From assembly GCA_045560455.1 (NCBI GenBank), contig JBJKZJ010000007.1:43843-107842 (forward strand): 64,000 bases of DNA, in the 5' to 3' direction. A program made the position numbers and the translations under genes. The DNA comes from Luminiphilus sp. (GTDB taxonomy: Bacteria; Pseudomonadota; Gammaproteobacteria; Pseudomonadales; Halieaceae). Of this stretch, positions 29,073 to 39,672 are shown one piece after another. Below the pieces are notes generated by a model that saw only the letters and a list, made by a program, of their open reading frames with translations, did no database searches and was not told the origin of the DNA. The number at the start of each line of letters is the position of its first letter. Within the stretch, counting starts at the first letter, position 1.

Positions 29073-29897
29073 TTATCGACTCTGACGCTCCATCCAGTCC
29101 CGGTACTCCGGTGACTCCGGATACAGGTTACGCAATGCCAACTCATAACTGCCCAACGCGTCTTGATCGCCTGTTGCATCGGCGATTTGCAGACCGAGCA
29201 GGAGCCCCCTCGGCGATTGCTGTGGAGAGACCGTCCTGTAAGCCCCATGATACCGCTTGGCTCCGTCAGTATCACCCGCCTCGAGTCGAAGAAATCCCAT
29301 CTCCAGTAGCGCCACTGAGTTGCGCTGATCCATCGACAGGGCGCGGGTAAACGCCGCCTCGGCGCCGGCCGGGTTGTCCAGCTGCAAGCGGCACAGACCG
29401 AGATTCAGGAAAGCCATTGGCCTGCCGCTGTAAAGCGTATCCTCAGTGACCGTAGAAAACTCGCGTTCCGCCTCACTAAAGCGCCCCTGGGAATACAAAA
29501 AGGCCGCAAAGTTATTGCGCGCTCTGGACAAAGTCGGGTCGGTTTTCAACGCCGCGCGAAACTGGGACTCGGCCATCTCAAATTCGCCTGTACTGCGATA
29601 AACCAGCGCGAAGGCCTCAAATACCTCAGCATTCTCGGAATCGATTTCCTGCGCGAGCTCGAGATTGCGCTTGGCGTTCTCCCAGTCCCCGACACCAATA
29701 CACTGGCGCGCCAGCGCAACCCGCTTATTCAGGGTGGCGTCAAGATCAGCGCTCATGGGTGACCCGCCACTATACTCTGTGACACAGCCGGATAACGGCG
29801 CGATCAGTACCGCGCACAGTGCCCCCACTGCGGACAGTCGTCCGATCCGCCAACGCCAAGGCTCAGCAATAGGGCTGTGATGATATCGTGCGTTCAT
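29073..29897 (-). CDS. pilW: Type IV pilus biogenesis TPR lipoprotein PilW/PilF
   Basis: Lipobox LSGC, TPR repeats, [15 protein letters not shown]; follows rlmN. Confidence 0.85.
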   Translation of the reverse strand: MNARYHHSPIAEPWRWRIGRLSAVGALCAVLIAPLSGCVTEYSGGSPMSADLDATLNKRVALARQCIGVGDWENAKRNLELAQEIDSENAEVFEAFALVYRSTGEFEMAESQFRAALKTDPTLSRARNNFAAFLYSQGRFSEAEREFSTVTEDTLYSGRPMAFLNLGLCRLQLDNPAGAEAAFTRALSMDQRNSVALLEMGFLRLEAGDTDGAKRYHGAYRTVSPQQSPRGLLLGLQIADATGDQDALGSYELALRNLYPESPEYRDWMERQSR

Positions 29898-29917
29898 AGG
29901 TCAACCGCAGTAGCCGC

Positions 29918-31075
29918 TCAACCCGATTCCAACAGGGTCTGAGCGCTCCGTCCAGCACGATAGCGCTCAGCCCGACGGGTTCGATCAACGACCTCCCCCA
30001 CCAACTGACCGCAGGCTGCGTCGATATCGTCCCCGCGCGTTGTGCGCACGGTGACAACGAATCCTGCATCCGTCAGCACCTGCCAGAACCGACTGACCGC
30101 ATTGCCACTGGGCCGCTGGTAACCGGAATCAGGGAAATCGTTGAACGGAATCAAATTGATCTTGCAGGGATAATCTTCGAGCAGCGCGGCCAACTCTTTC
30201 GCCTGATCGATGCTGTCGTTGACCCCTGCGAGCAGGGTATATTCGATGGTCACCACCCGCTTTTTGTCTGTTTGCGCGTCCAGATACGCCTTGGCAGAGG
30301 CCAACAGCCTCTCGATCGGGTACTTTCGATTGATGGGTACGATTTCATCTCGCAACTGATCGTTGGGCGCGTGCAACGATACCGCCAGACTGACATCCGC
30401 CCACTCGGCCAGCCGATCCAGGTTCGGCACCACACCCGACGTCGACAACGTCACCTTGCGCTTCGACAGGCCATAGGCGAGGTCGTCACACATCAAATTC
30501 ATGGCCGCCACGACGTTATCAAAGTTCAGCAGCGGCTCCCCCATGCCCATCATCACGACGTTGGTGACGACACGTCCTTTCCCTGACTGCCAGGCATCGT
30601 AGGAATTGATCGCCAGCCACACCTGGCCGATGATTTCCGCAGCTGTGAGATCACGTTGAAAACCCTGCTTGCCGGTCGAGCAGAAGGTACAGTCCAGACT
30701 GCAACCTACCTGAGAGGATACACACAGGGTTGCCCGGTCTCCCTCCGGGATGAGTACCGCCTCAACGAGACTCCCGCCTTCCACAGCAATTGCCCATTTA
30801 CGCGTCCCGTCCTGGGAGTCTTGCTGCTCTGCAATGCGGGGAGGAGTGACCTCGGCAATCTGCGACAACCGATCCCGTAAGGCCTGGCTCAGGTCCGTCA
30901 TGTCATCAAAGTCGCGCACGCCGCGGTGATGAATCCATTTCATCACCTGCTGGGCGCGAAACCGCTTCTCGCCCAGATCGACGAAAAACGCCTCAAGTTG
31001 GGAGCGGGTCAGCCCAAGCAAATTGCGCCGATCCGACGCCGGGGTCGTGGCAATAATGTGATCCGGCGCAGTCAT
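29918..31075 (-). CDS. rlmN: 23S rRNA/tRNA methyltransferase RlmN
   Basis: CSLDCTFC radical-SAM motif, MGMGEP, SLHAP, AACGQL. Confidence 0.96.
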   Translation of the reverse strand: MTAPDHIIATTPASDRRNLLGLTRSQLEAFFVDLGEKRFRAQQVMKWIHHRGVRDFDDMTDLSQALRDRLSQIAEVTPPRIAEQQDSQDGTRKWAIAVEGGSLVEAVLIPEGDRATLCVSSQVGCSLDCTFCSTGKQGFQRDLTAAEIIGQVWLAINSYDAWQSGKGRVVTNVVMMGMGEPLLNFDNVVAAMNLMCDDLAYGLSKRKVTLSTSGVVPNLDRLAEWADVSLAVSLHAPNDQLRDEIVPINRKYPIERLLASAKAYLDAQTDKKRVVTIEYTLLAGVNDSIDQAKELAALLEDYPCKINLIPFNDFPDSGYQRPSGNAVSRFWQVLTDAGFVVTVRTTRGDDIDAACGQLVGEVVDRTRRAERYRAGRSAQTLLESG

Positions 31076-31096
31076 GATGTCAGAGCCGGCCGGGGA

Positions 31097-31522
31097 TCAG
31101 CGTGAGCAGATCTCGCTCGACGCGAAGAAATAGGCGATCTCGCGCTCCGCTGAAGCCGGCGAGTCCGAGCCGTGCACCGCGTTGGCATCAATTGACTGCG
31201 CGAAGTCCGCTCGAATCGTGCCTGCGTCGGCCTCCTGAGGGTTGGTCGCCCCCATCAACTCGCGATTTCGCGCGATCGCGTCCTCGCCCTCCAAAACCTG
31301 CACAATCACGGGACCCGAGGTCATGAAGGAGACAAGGTCAGGGTAAAACGGACGCTCACGGTGCTCCGCATAGAAGCCGCCTGCCAGGTTATCCGACAGG
31401 TGCACCATTTTGGCCGCCACCACTGTCAGGCCCGCTGCCTCAAAACGGCTGATAATCTGTCCGATCACGTTCTTCCCTACCGCATCGGGCTTGATAATCG
31501 ATAAGGTGCGTTCCACCGCCAT
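31097..31522 (-). CDS. ndk: Nucleoside diphosphate kinase
   Basis: [23 protein letters not shown]. Confidence 0.97.
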   Translation of the reverse strand: MAVERTLSIIKPDAVGKNVIGQIISRFEAAGLTVVAAKMVHLSDNLAGGFYAEHRERPFYPDLVSFMTSGPVIVQVLEGEDAIARNRELMGATNPQEADAGTIRADFAQSIDANAVHGSDSPASAEREIAYFFASSEICSR

Positions 31523-31645
31523 GTCTGTCTCCGATTATTGCAATGTAAAGGCGAAGCGGCTGCTTCGCGGGCGCGGAGTATACGGCGTTTCACCCTGTGA
31601 TGTCATGGCAACAATGCCATGGATCGGGCGGCGCGCGCAGAGGTT

Positions 31646-31984
31646 TCAGTGCCGCTCGGAGGCATGATTAATCGTGTAACGCGGGATCTCAACGACCAGA
31701 CGGCTAACACCGACATTGGCCTGACAGGAAAGCCGGGATTCCGGCTCCAGCCCCCACGCCTTGTCCAGGTAATCTTCCTCGAGTTCGTCTGCCTCATTCA
31801 GCGAATCAAACCCCTCGCGCACAATGACATGACAAGTCGTGCAGGCACACGACATTTCGCAGGCATGCTCGATATTGATATCGTGACGCAGTAGCGCCTC
31901 ACAGATGCTCTCGCCCACCTCCGCTGTGACCACAGCGCCCTCAGGGCAGATCTCGTGATGAGGTAGCACAACTATTTCGGTCAC
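31646..31984 (-). CDS. fdx: ISC 2Fe-2S ferredoxin
   Basis: HACEMSCACTTCH, SRLSCQ. Confidence 0.95.
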   Translation of the reverse strand: MTEIVVLPHHEICPEGAVVTAEVGESICEALLRHDINIEHACEMSCACTTCHVIVREGFDSLNEADELEEDYLDKAWGLEPESRLSCQANVGVSRLVVEIPRYTINHASERH

Positions 31985-33861
31985 CGTCCGTCTCCCTGCT
32001 CTTGATCAGACTCCAGGTCTGTAACTGCCACCCCCTGAAGAGCGGCCTGAATACTCCGGTCCATGCGACGCGCCGCAAAGGTTTCTGTGGCTCGGCCTAG
32101 TGATTCGGTTGCTTCGCGAATGGCCTCGGGTTGGTTGCCGGCCATCCCGGCCTCGAGCGCCGCTGCGTTCTGCTCCAAGTCTCTCAACTCGGCGTTAGAG
32201 AGCAGATCGCCATCTTTAGCAAGTGCCGCCCGGAGACCCGCCAGCAGTCCCTCCGCTTCGACCTGAGCCTCGCCTAATTTCCTGGCCTGCATATCCTCCC
32301 CGGCGTGCTCATAACCCGCTTTGAGCATCTCGGTAATTTGGCCTTCGCTGAGACCAAAAGCGGGCTTCACCACGACATCACTGCGGGCTCCCGTCTCCTG
32401 CTCCAGGGCCGTCACCTCAAGGACGCCGTCAGCGTCAACCCGAAACGTCACCTCGATCCTCGCCGCACCGGCAACCATTGGCGGGATACCTTTCAGCTCG
32501 AACTGCGCAAGTGAGCGACAGTCCTCTACGCGCTCACGCTCTCCCTGCACCACATGCACGATCAAACCCGTTTGGCCGTCCCTTGCTGTGGTGAACTCCT
32601 GCGCTCTGGCAACCGGTATGGTGCTGTTTCGGTCGATGATCCGCTCCACCAGTCCGCCATAGGTCTCAAGCCCCAGAGAGAGCGGTATGACATCGAGCAA
32701 CAGCGCCTCATCACCCGCCCGATTCCCCACCAAAATATCTGCCTGACGGGCCGCACCCATGGCGACCACCTGATCGGGATCCAAACTGCAGAGCGGCTCC
32801 AGCCCAAAGCATTCCGCTACCGCCTGTCGCACTGAGGGCGTGCGGGTGGATCCTCCCACCAACACCACACGATCAACCGCGGCCACCTCTGCATCTGCCA
32901 ACGTCTCTCGACAGGCGTGGAGGGTTCGCTCGATGAACGGCGCGATCAACGACTCCAAAACAGAGCGATCAACCGTGATCTCTGACAAAGCCTCGGCAAG
33001 GTCGGAGACGTTCAGCGTCACGCTCTCTTGCTCGGTGAGCGCCTCTTTGGCATCTCGCGCAGACTGCAGTGCCTTCCGCCGCTGGGTGGACGAAGGGTTC
33101 GCAAGCGCCAGCTCAGCCAATAAGTGATCAGCGAGCGCCCGATCAAAGTCGTCACCCCCAAGTGCGCTATCTCCTCCGGTAGCCAGCACCTCGAAGATAC
33201 CCTTGCGCATTCTCAGTAGGGATACATCGAAGGTGCCGCCTCCGAGGTCGTAGACGGCGAGAACAGAGGACTCCTCGGCCTGTTCGTCCAAGCCGTAGGC
33301 CACTGCCGCCGCTGTCGGCTCATTCAATAATCGCAACACTTTAATTCCCGCAAGCTCCGCCGCCTGACGGGTCGCCTGACGTTGCGCGTCATCAAAATAG
33401 GCTGGAACCGTAATCACCGCGCCGGAAATAGGCGCGTCAAGCTGCGGCTCGGCTCGCTCCCTGAGCGCCGCCAAAATAGCAGCCGCCACCTCTACCGGCG
33501 TCTTGGCGCCTGCAGCGGTGGCAAACGCCAAAGTGTCACCCGGCGCCAGCGTCACATAGGGGTCGTCCTCAAATTCCCCCCGAGCGCGCCCGAGCATTCG
33601 CTTTGCCGAAGCAATGGTATTCGCCGGTTCGGCGCTGGCCTGCGCCATGGCCGCCTGACCGATCCGCACATCGCTCGCGCCGAAATAGACAACCGATGGC
33701 AGAGAGGGACTCCCGGACCCGTCTTGCAGCACCTGCAGCGAGGCGCCATCAAAATGCGCGATCAGGCTATTCGTTGTACCCAGATCTATCCCTACCGCCA
33801 CTTTCCGCTGCGTGTCAGGATCAAGGCCGGCGCCCGGCTCGGCGATTTGAAGCAGCACCAT
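31981..33861 (-). CDS. hscA: Fe-S chaperone HscA
   Basis: MVLLQIAEPG start, GIDLGTTNS, YDLGGGTFD, LLLDVIPLSLG. Confidence 0.94.
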   Translation of the reverse strand: MVLLQIAEPGAGLDPDTQRKVAVGIDLGTTNSLIAHFDGASLQVLQDGSGSPSLPSVVYFGASDVRIGQAAMAQASAEPANTIASAKRMLGRARGEFEDDPYVTLAPGDTLAFATAAGAKTPVEVAAAILAALRERAEPQLDAPISGAVITVPAYFDDAQRQATRQAAELAGIKVLRLLNEPTAAAVAYGLDEQAEESSVLAVYDLGGGTFDVSLLRMRKGIFEVLATGGDSALGGDDFDRALADHLLAELALANPSSTQRRKALQSARDAKEALTEQESVTLNVSDLAEALSEITVDRSVLESLIAPFIERTLHACRETLADAEVAAVDRVVLVGGSTRTPSVRQAVAECFGLEPLCSLDPDQVVAMGAARQADILVGNRAGDEALLLDVIPLSLGLETYGGLVERIIDRNSTIPVARAQEFTTARDGQTGLIVHVVQGERERVEDCRSLAQFELKGIPPMVAGAARIEVTFRVDADGVLEVTALEQETGARSDVVVKPAFGLSEGQITEMLKAGYEHAGEDMQARKLGEAQVEAEGLLAGLRAALAKDGDLLSNAELRDLEQNAAALEAGMAGNQPEAIREATESLGRATETFAARRMDRSIQAALQGVAVTDLESDQEQGDGR

Positions 33862-33863
33862 GG

Positions 33864-34388
33864 CTAGCGCGCCTCCGGACGCGCGGCTTCCTGAAGCTTG
33901 GACAAAAAGCACATTTCCTGCCAGCAACGGGCCGCCGCCGACCAATCCAATGCGGCTATCGATTGCGCACACCCATCGCGGCTCGACTGGTACAGCGTCG
34001 TGATCTCGGCATGCAGGGCTTCACGAGCCGCCGCATCGTCGGCAGGTGTCTCCTCCAGACGTTCCCGGAGCATTATCTGCTTCATCAGGAACTCGCCTCC
34101 GACGCCCTGTCGTTCAGCGGCCTCTAGATCCACCCCCGCTCGGGAGAGCAAGTACTCCGCACGGGTGACTTCGTGCACGAGGGTTTGATAAGCGCTGTTA
34201 ATATCGGCACAGAGTTGGGCTGCCATGCGCTGCTCCATCTGAGACTGACCGGCATACAGGTCAGGATGAAATTGCGCCAATAAGGCGTGGTAGGACTGCT
34301 CTAACGTGGCTTCGTCGAGGGTCAGTCCGGGTTGAAGCTGAAACAATGCGAAGTAGTCGCGTGCGGGCGCACCCGGTGTGGCGTTCAC
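33864..34388 (-). CDS. hscB: Co-chaperone HscB
   Basis: DYFALF, J-domain HPD, RAEYLL; GTG start assumed. Confidence 0.88.
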   Translation of the reverse strand: MNATPGAPARDYFALFQLQPGLTLDEATLEQSYHALLAQFHPDLYAGQSQMEQRMAAQLCADINSAYQTLVHEVTRAEYLLSRAGVDLEAAERQGVGGEFLMKQIMLRERLEETPADDAAAREALHAEITTLYQSSRDGCAQSIAALDWSAAARCWQEMCFLSKLQEAARPEAR

Positions 34389-34390
34389 AA

Positions 34391-34714
34391 TTAGACGGTG
34401 AAGCTTTCGCCGCAGCCGCACTCTCCCGCAACATTGGGATTGCGGAACTCCAGACCCTCGTTCAACCCTTCCCGGGCGAAATCGACAATCGTGCCGTCCA
34501 GGTATAGGAGGCTTTTGGGATCCACAAAGACCTTCACCCCGTCGGATTCGAAAAACGTGTCCTCGGGTTCGGGCTGATCAACAAACTCCAGAACATAGGC
34601 AAGACCGGAGCAACCAGAGGTTTTAACGCCAATGCGGATTCCCTCGCCTTTGCCCCGGCTCTGCAACTGACGGCCAACGTGCTCCGCAGCTTCTGATGTC
34701 AGGCTGATGGCCAT
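34391..34714 (-). CDS. iscA: Fe-S A-type carrier IscA
   Basis: SGCSG, CGCGESF. Confidence 0.95.
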   Translation of the reverse strand: MAISLTSEAAEHVGRQLQSRGKGEGIRIGVKTSGCSGLAYVLEFVDQPEPEDTFFESDGVKVFVDPKSLLYLDGTIVDFAREGLNEGLEFRNPNVAGECGCGESFTV

Positions 34715-35098
34715 TTAGCCGTCCTGTTTATCCCGGTAGTTCTTCACCGCCGCCTTGATGGCGTCCTCCGCCAACACCGAGCAGTGGATTTTTACCGGCG
34801 GCAGGGAAAGCTCCTGTGCGATCTCGGTATTTTTGATCGACGCCGCCTCATCGAGGTTTTTACCTTTTACCCACTCGGTGAGGAGCGAGCTTGAGGCGAT
34901 GGCCGAACCGCATCCGTAGGTTTTGAACTTGGCGTCCTCGATCACGCCGTCGTCGTTGACCTGAATCTGCAAGCGCATCACGTCGCCGCAGGCAGGCGCA
35001 CCCACCATACCGGTACCCACGCTGTCATCAGCTTCGTCGAGCTTGCCGACATTGCGCGGGTTATCGTAGTGATCAATTACCTTGTCGCTATAAGCCAT
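34715..35098 (-). CDS. iscU: Fe-S scaffold IscU
   Basis: APACGD, YGCGSA, LPPVKIHC. Confidence 0.96.
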   Translation of the reverse strand: MAYSDKVIDHYDNPRNVGKLDEADDSVGTGMVGAPACGDVMRLQIQVNDDGVIEDAKFKTYGCGSAIASSSLLTEWVKGKNLDEAASIKNTEIAQELSLPPVKIHCSVLAEDAIKAAVKNYRDKQDG

Positions 35099-35128
35099 GG
35101 TTCTCTCCCAAGGGCATTACGGGGGCCG

Positions 35129-36384
35129 TCAGTGCGCCGCCCATTCAATCGAATTGAGGTCTACACCGTCCTGATGCATGTCCCACAAAGGCGACAATTC
35201 GCGCAGCTTCTCGACTGCGTGGCGAACACAAGTCGCCGCGTGATCCACTTCTGCATCCGTCGTGAATCGTCCAAAGCTGAATCGCAACGAACTGTGCGCC
35301 AACTCATCGTTCAGCCCCAGCGCACGCAAGACATAGGAGGGCTCGAGACTCGCCGAGGTGCAGGCAGACCCGCTAGATATCGCCAGGTCTCGCAAAGACA
35401 TAATCAGCGACTCGCCCTCGACAAACGCAAAGCTGACGTTCAGTGCGCCCGGCAACCGCTGATCGCGATCGCCATTGATATGCACCTCGGGGATATCATT
35501 GATGGCGTTCCAAAAGCGCAGTCTGAGCGCCGCGAGACGATCTGCCCCCCCCCCCCCCCCCCCCCCCCCTCGGCCGTCATTTCCTCTCTGGCAAGACGAG
35601 CCGCCTCACCGAACCCGACAAGCTGGTGCGTTGCCAGTGTGCCGGACCGCATGCCTCGCTCGTGGCCACCGCCGTGCATCTGCGCTTCAAGCCGCACTCG
35701 AGGCTTTCTACGAACATACAGGGCGCCCACGCCCTTCGGTCCGTACATCTTATGGGCCGACATCGACAGCAGGTCAATTTTCATGGTTTCCATGTCCAGG
35801 GGCACTTTCCCCACGCCCTGAGCGGCATCAACATGAAGCAATACGCCTGCAGCGCGACACATCTCGCCGATACCCGCCACGTCATTGACTACGCCAATTT
35901 CATTATTGGCGTGCATCACGCTCACCAGGATGGTGTCTTCACGCAGCGCTTCCTGCACCATCTCAGGCGTTGTCAAACCTCGATCATCCGGATCCAGATA
36001 AGTTACCTCATATCCCTCGCGCTCGAGCTGGCGACAGGTGTCGAGCACCGCCTTGTGCTCGATCTTTGACGTAACGATATGCTTGCCCTTCTTGTGGTAA
36101 AAGTGGGCGACGCCCTTGATGGCGAGGTTATCGGACTCCGTCGCACCGGAGGTCCAGACTATTTCTCTGGGATCCGCGTTGATCAGTTCGGCAACCTGAT
36201 TACGCGCATTTTCCACCGCTTCCTCGGCCTTCCATCCAAACACGTGGGAGCGGGACGCTGGATTGCCAAACACCCCCTCGTTGGACAGGCAGCTCGACAT
36301 GACCGCAACGACCCTGGGGTCGACGGGCGTCGTTGACAAATAGTCAAGGTAAATCGGCGTTTGTACGGTCACTGGTGCATTCAT
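35129..36384 (-). CDS. iscS: Cysteine desulfurase IscS, frameshifted in this sequence
   Basis: 5' part has [19 protein letters not shown]; 3' part has [17 protein letters not shown]; the halves are out of frame at the homopolymer 35545-35569. Confidence 0.93.
35545..35569. repeat. 25-nt C homopolymer (G on the coding strand)
   Basis: Directly visible inside iscS. Confidence 0.95.
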
Positions 36385-36428
36385 TGCTTAACCATCTCTG
36401 TTGTGTAAAACCACACTGTCAACTTTAA

Positions 36429-36455
36429 CTCTCTCAGCTCTCTCAGCTCTCTCAA
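36429..36455. repeat. 9-bp tandem repeat, 3 units
   Basis: CTCTCTCAG CTCTCTCAG CTCTCTCAA in the iscR-iscS spacer. Confidence 0.8.
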
Positions 36456-36529
36456 CTTTTTCTGCCCCATCAATTAGCTTTGCCTTCCTACCCGGCCCAC
36501 TTTCACTCACACCGGGCGGCCAGCATCAG

Positions 36530-37000
36530 CTAGCGCAACGACAGGGTTTGTAATAGGCCGTCGCTCTGTTGCTGCACACCTCTATGTCCACGCTTGTGTC
36601 CACGTCCCTCCATCAAATCGCACAGACTGATCTGACTCAGAAAATCGTGGATCTGTCCGGAGAGGTCTTCCCACAAATGATGGGTCAGACAAGTTTCTCC
36701 CTGATGACAGTTGCCTTTGCCCTGACAATTGGTCACATCAACCGACTCATCGACCGCGTCGATGATTTCAGCGACAAAGATCTCTTCGCCGCTGCGGGCC
36801 AGTCGATAGCCTCCGCCAGGGCCACGGGCGCTGGTGACCAGCCGTTCCCGCCGCAATTTGGCGAACAACTGCTCCAAGTAGGATAGAGAAATCTCTTGCC
36901 TGCCGGATATGTCTGCCAAAGAGACGGGCCTTTTACCGCCGTTAATCGCCAAATCCAGCATGGCGGTCACCGCGTAGCGCCCACGTGTCGTCAGTTTCAT
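36530..37000 (-). CDS. iscR: Fe-S cluster regulator IscR
   Basis: [25 protein letters not shown], three Cys plus THHLW. Confidence 0.94.
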   Translation of the reverse strand: MKLTTRGRYAVTAMLDLAINGGKRPVSLADISGRQEISLSYLEQLFAKLRRERLVTSARGPGGGYRLARSGEEIFVAEIIDAVDESVDVTNCQGKGNCHQGETCLTHHLWEDLSGQIHDFLSQISLCDLMEGRGHKRGHRGVQQQSDGLLQTLSLR

Positions 37001-37014
37001 GGCTCAATTGTCCT

Positions 37015-37039
37015 ATTCCTGACTATTTTAGTCAAGAAT
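37015..37039. promoter_or_regulatory. IscR type-1 operator
   Basis: ATTCCTGACTATTTTAGTCAAGAAT, palindromic GACTA-N3-TAGTC core, 14 nt upstream of iscR. Confidence 0.85.
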
Positions 37040-37053
37040 TGGACTGATCGGAA

Positions 37054-37794
37054 TCAATCCTCGATGAAACCCGCTTTTTTTTGGGTTTCACTCAAAATAC
37101 CGCGGAGAATATTGAGCTCCATTTCATCGAGCCTAACCCGGTTGTAGAGCCGTTTTAGGCGGCGCATCAACTGTCTGGGCGCCTCAGGCTTTAAAAACTC
37201 GATATCGATCAGGGTCCTCTCCAAGTGCTCGTAGAACCGGTCCATATCTTCAGCGGTGGCGAAGGGCGTATCCCATTGGGCATCCTCCGCCAAATTAGTC
37301 GCTTCACCCAACTGGACCATGCGCAGTTCATAGGCAACGATCTGAACGGCCATTGCCAGATTAAGACTCGCGTAAGTCTCGTGAGTCGGTATGTGGCAAT
37401 GCAGATGACAGCGCTGCAACTCCTCGTTCAGCAGACCTCTGTCCTCCCGACCAAAGAGCACCGCAACCCGCTCGCTGCCCGAGTGAACCGCAATGCGCTC
37501 CGCGCAGCGACGCGCATCCTGAACTGGCCACGGTATTCTGCGTTCACGGGCACTGGTGCCGACGACGAACTGGCAATCTGCTATCGCCTCATCCAAGGTG
37601 GCGACCACCCGCGCGCGCTCCATCACATCGGTCGCAGAGGCCGCTCGCCACGTCGCCTCCGGAGCAGGGTATTCCAGCGGCGCAACCAGCGTCAGCCTCG
37701 TCAAACCCATATTTTTCATGGCCCGCGCTACGCCACCAATGTTGCCGCTGTGAGTGGTGTGGACGAGAACAATGTCGATGTTGTCAGGGTTCAT
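37054..37794 (-). CDS. trmJ: tRNA 2'-O-methyltransferase TrmJ
   Basis: GNIGGVARAMKNMG, FGREDRGL, SLNLAMAV. Confidence 0.92.
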   Translation of the reverse strand: MNPDNIDIVLVHTTHSGNIGGVARAMKNMGLTRLTLVAPLEYPAPEATWRAASATDVMERARVVATLDEAIADCQFVVGTSARERRIPWPVQDARRCAERIAVHSGSERVAVLFGREDRGLLNEELQRCHLHCHIPTHETYASLNLAMAVQIVAYELRMVQLGEATNLAEDAQWDTPFATAEDMDRFYEHLERTLIDIEFLKPEAPRQLMRRLKRLYNRVRLDEMELNILRGILSETQKKAGFIED

Positions 37795-37892
37795 GAGCTC
37801 GCTACCCGGCAGGGGGGCGCAGTCTATCAAACCCGTATCAGGTTCTGCCCTCCCCTGTTATGCTGCGGCGCCCTTTGACACCGGATTTGGCG

Positions 37893-38681
37893 ATGGAACC
37901 CACCGCATCCATGGCACTACGAGCAGCCCGCAAAGCGGGCGACCTGATTGTGCGAGCAGCGGATGATATGGATCGTGTTGGCTATCGCGCCAAAGCCGCT
38001 GCGGACTTCGTCACCGAAGTCGATATCGCTGCAGAAAAAGAGATCCTTTATCACCTGAGCAAAACCTACCCGGAGCACCGCTTCGAATGCGAAGAAAGCG
38101 GGCTATCCGGAAACGAGGACGCTGAGTACACCTGGGTAATCGACCCGCTCGACGGCACCAGCAACTTCCTCAGGGGCATACCGCATTATGCGGTGAGCAT
38201 CGCCTGTCTTTATCGCGGCAAGATCGAGCATGCGGTGGTGTATGACCCAATAAGGCGGGAGGAATTCATCGCCTCCCGGGGTAGAGGCGCACAGCTCAAT
38301 GGACATCGCATCCGGGTCGGCGACCGCCAGGAGTTGCAGGAGACGCTGATCGGTACCGGGGTGCCATTTCTCGGTCATTGTGACGCACACCTTGACTGGT
38401 ACTCGCAATCTCTGGTGGCGGTGACCAGCCGCTGCATGGGCATTCGCCGGGGCGGGTCCGCTGCGCTCGATTTGGCCTACGTGGCGGCCGGTCGACTCGA
38501 CGGGTTTTGGGAAATGGGACTCAACCAATGGGATATCGCCGCGGGCGCCCTCCTGGTCCGGGAAGCCGGAGGCCTGATGACCGATCTATCAGGAGGTGAG
38601 GGCTGGTACGAGAGCGGCAATGTCGTATGCGGCAATAGCAAACTGATGCGCCAGCTACTGCCCCTCGTTAACTGGTCTTAA
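37893..38681 (+). CDS. suhB: Inositol monophosphatase SuhB
   Basis: WVIDPLDGT, GSAALDL, WDIAAG; divergent from trmJ. Confidence 0.92.
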   Translation: MEPTASMALRAARKAGDLIVRAADDMDRVGYRAKAAADFVTEVDIAAEKEILYHLSKTYPEHRFECEESGLSGNEDAEYTWVIDPLDGTSNFLRGIPHYAVSIACLYRGKIEHAVVYDPIRREEFIASRGRGAQLNGHRIRVGDRQELQETLIGTGVPFLGHCDAHLDWYSQSLVAVTSRCMGIRRGGSAALDLAYVAAGRLDGFWEMGLNQWDIAAGALLVREAGGLMTDLSGGEGWYESGNVVCGNSKLMRQLLPLVNWS

Positions 38682-38757
38682 CAGCTGAGTCGAACCCGGG
38701 GGCCGCGGGCACGCGACAGGAAGGCAGGCCCGCTGCGGGAGGCCGTCTCCTCCGTAT

Positions 38758-39672
38758 CTAGGGAATCAGGCCTTCCTGATCAGCGCCTTCGCGCTCGGGC
38801 ACCATGACGTCCTCTTTACTGACTCCCAACTGCAGCAATGTGGTCGCCGCAACGTACATCGATGAGTAGGTGCCGACCGCGACGCCCACCAGCAGTGCAA
38901 TAGCGAAGCCGAAGATCATCTCGCCTCCAAAGAGAGCGAGTGCGGCCAATACGAGCAAGGTGGTCAACGAGGTGACCAGCGTTCGGCCCAAGGTCTCGCT
39001 GAGAGAGATGTCAATGACCTCGCTGGGGCTGGCTCGGCGGATCTTACGAAGATTCTCGCGAATTCTGTCCGAAACCACGATCGTGTCGTTAAGCGAGTAA
39101 CCGATGACCGCCAACAACGCCGCGAGTACCGTCAGGTCAAATTCGAGCCCGGTCAGCGAAAAGAAGCCCAGCGTGAAAACAACATCATGAGCCAGCGCGA
39201 TGACTGCGCCGAGCGCAAATTTAATTTGAAAGCGGAACGCAACGTAGAGCATCACCAACGCCAGTGCAGTCAGCATGGCGATGCCACCATCGTCCCGGAG
39301 TTCTTCACCCACCTGAGGCCCGACGAATTCGATACGGCGCAACTCGACAGACATCCCTGTGGCACCACGCAGCTTTTCCACCATCAAAGCGCCCTGCTCA
39401 TCGGAATAGCCATCGGGCAAACGCACCAGCACATCCCGATCGGTGCCAAAACTCACCACCACCGCTCCCTCGTACCCCTCTCGGGCGAGCGTTTCACGCA
39501 CCTCAACCAGATCCGCACTGTCGCTGTAGGCCACCTCCACCAAGGTGCCCCCGGTGAAGTCCAGCCCCCAGTTGAGTTGCTTTAAACCCAGAGACGCAAC
39601 CGCCGTCAGGAGTGCAATACCTGAGAGCGCGACGGCAAGCCAACGCCATTTCATAAAGGGTATGGTTTTCAT
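38758..39672 (-). CDS. secF: Protein translocase SecF
   Basis: GLDFTGG, VGPQVG, GYSLNDTIVVSDRIRE. Confidence 0.95.
   Translation of the reverse strand: MKTIPFMKWRWLAVALSGIALLTAVASLGLKQLNWGLDFTGGTLVEVAYSDSADLVEVRETLAREGYEGAVVVSFGTDRDVLVRLPDGYSDEQGALMVEKLRGATGMSVELRRIEFVGPQVGEELRDDGGIAMLTALALVMLYVAFRFQIKFALGAVIALAHDVVFTLGFFSLTGLEFDLTVLAALLAVIGYSLNDTIVVSDRIRENLRKIRRASPSEVIDISLSETLGRTLVTSLTTLLVLAALALFGGEMIFGFAIALLVGVAVGTYSSMYVAATTLLQLGVSKEDVMVPEREGADQEGLIP

Noticed and set aside
35069-35821. 250-aa ORF with a poly-Pro run
   Set aside because: Antisense to iscS; the poly-Pro is only the C homopolymer.
37065-37090. Hairpin TGAAACCC-N10-GGGTTTCA at the end of trmJ
   Set aside because: Lies inside the coding sequence with no U-tract after the stem, so it is not supportable as a terminator.
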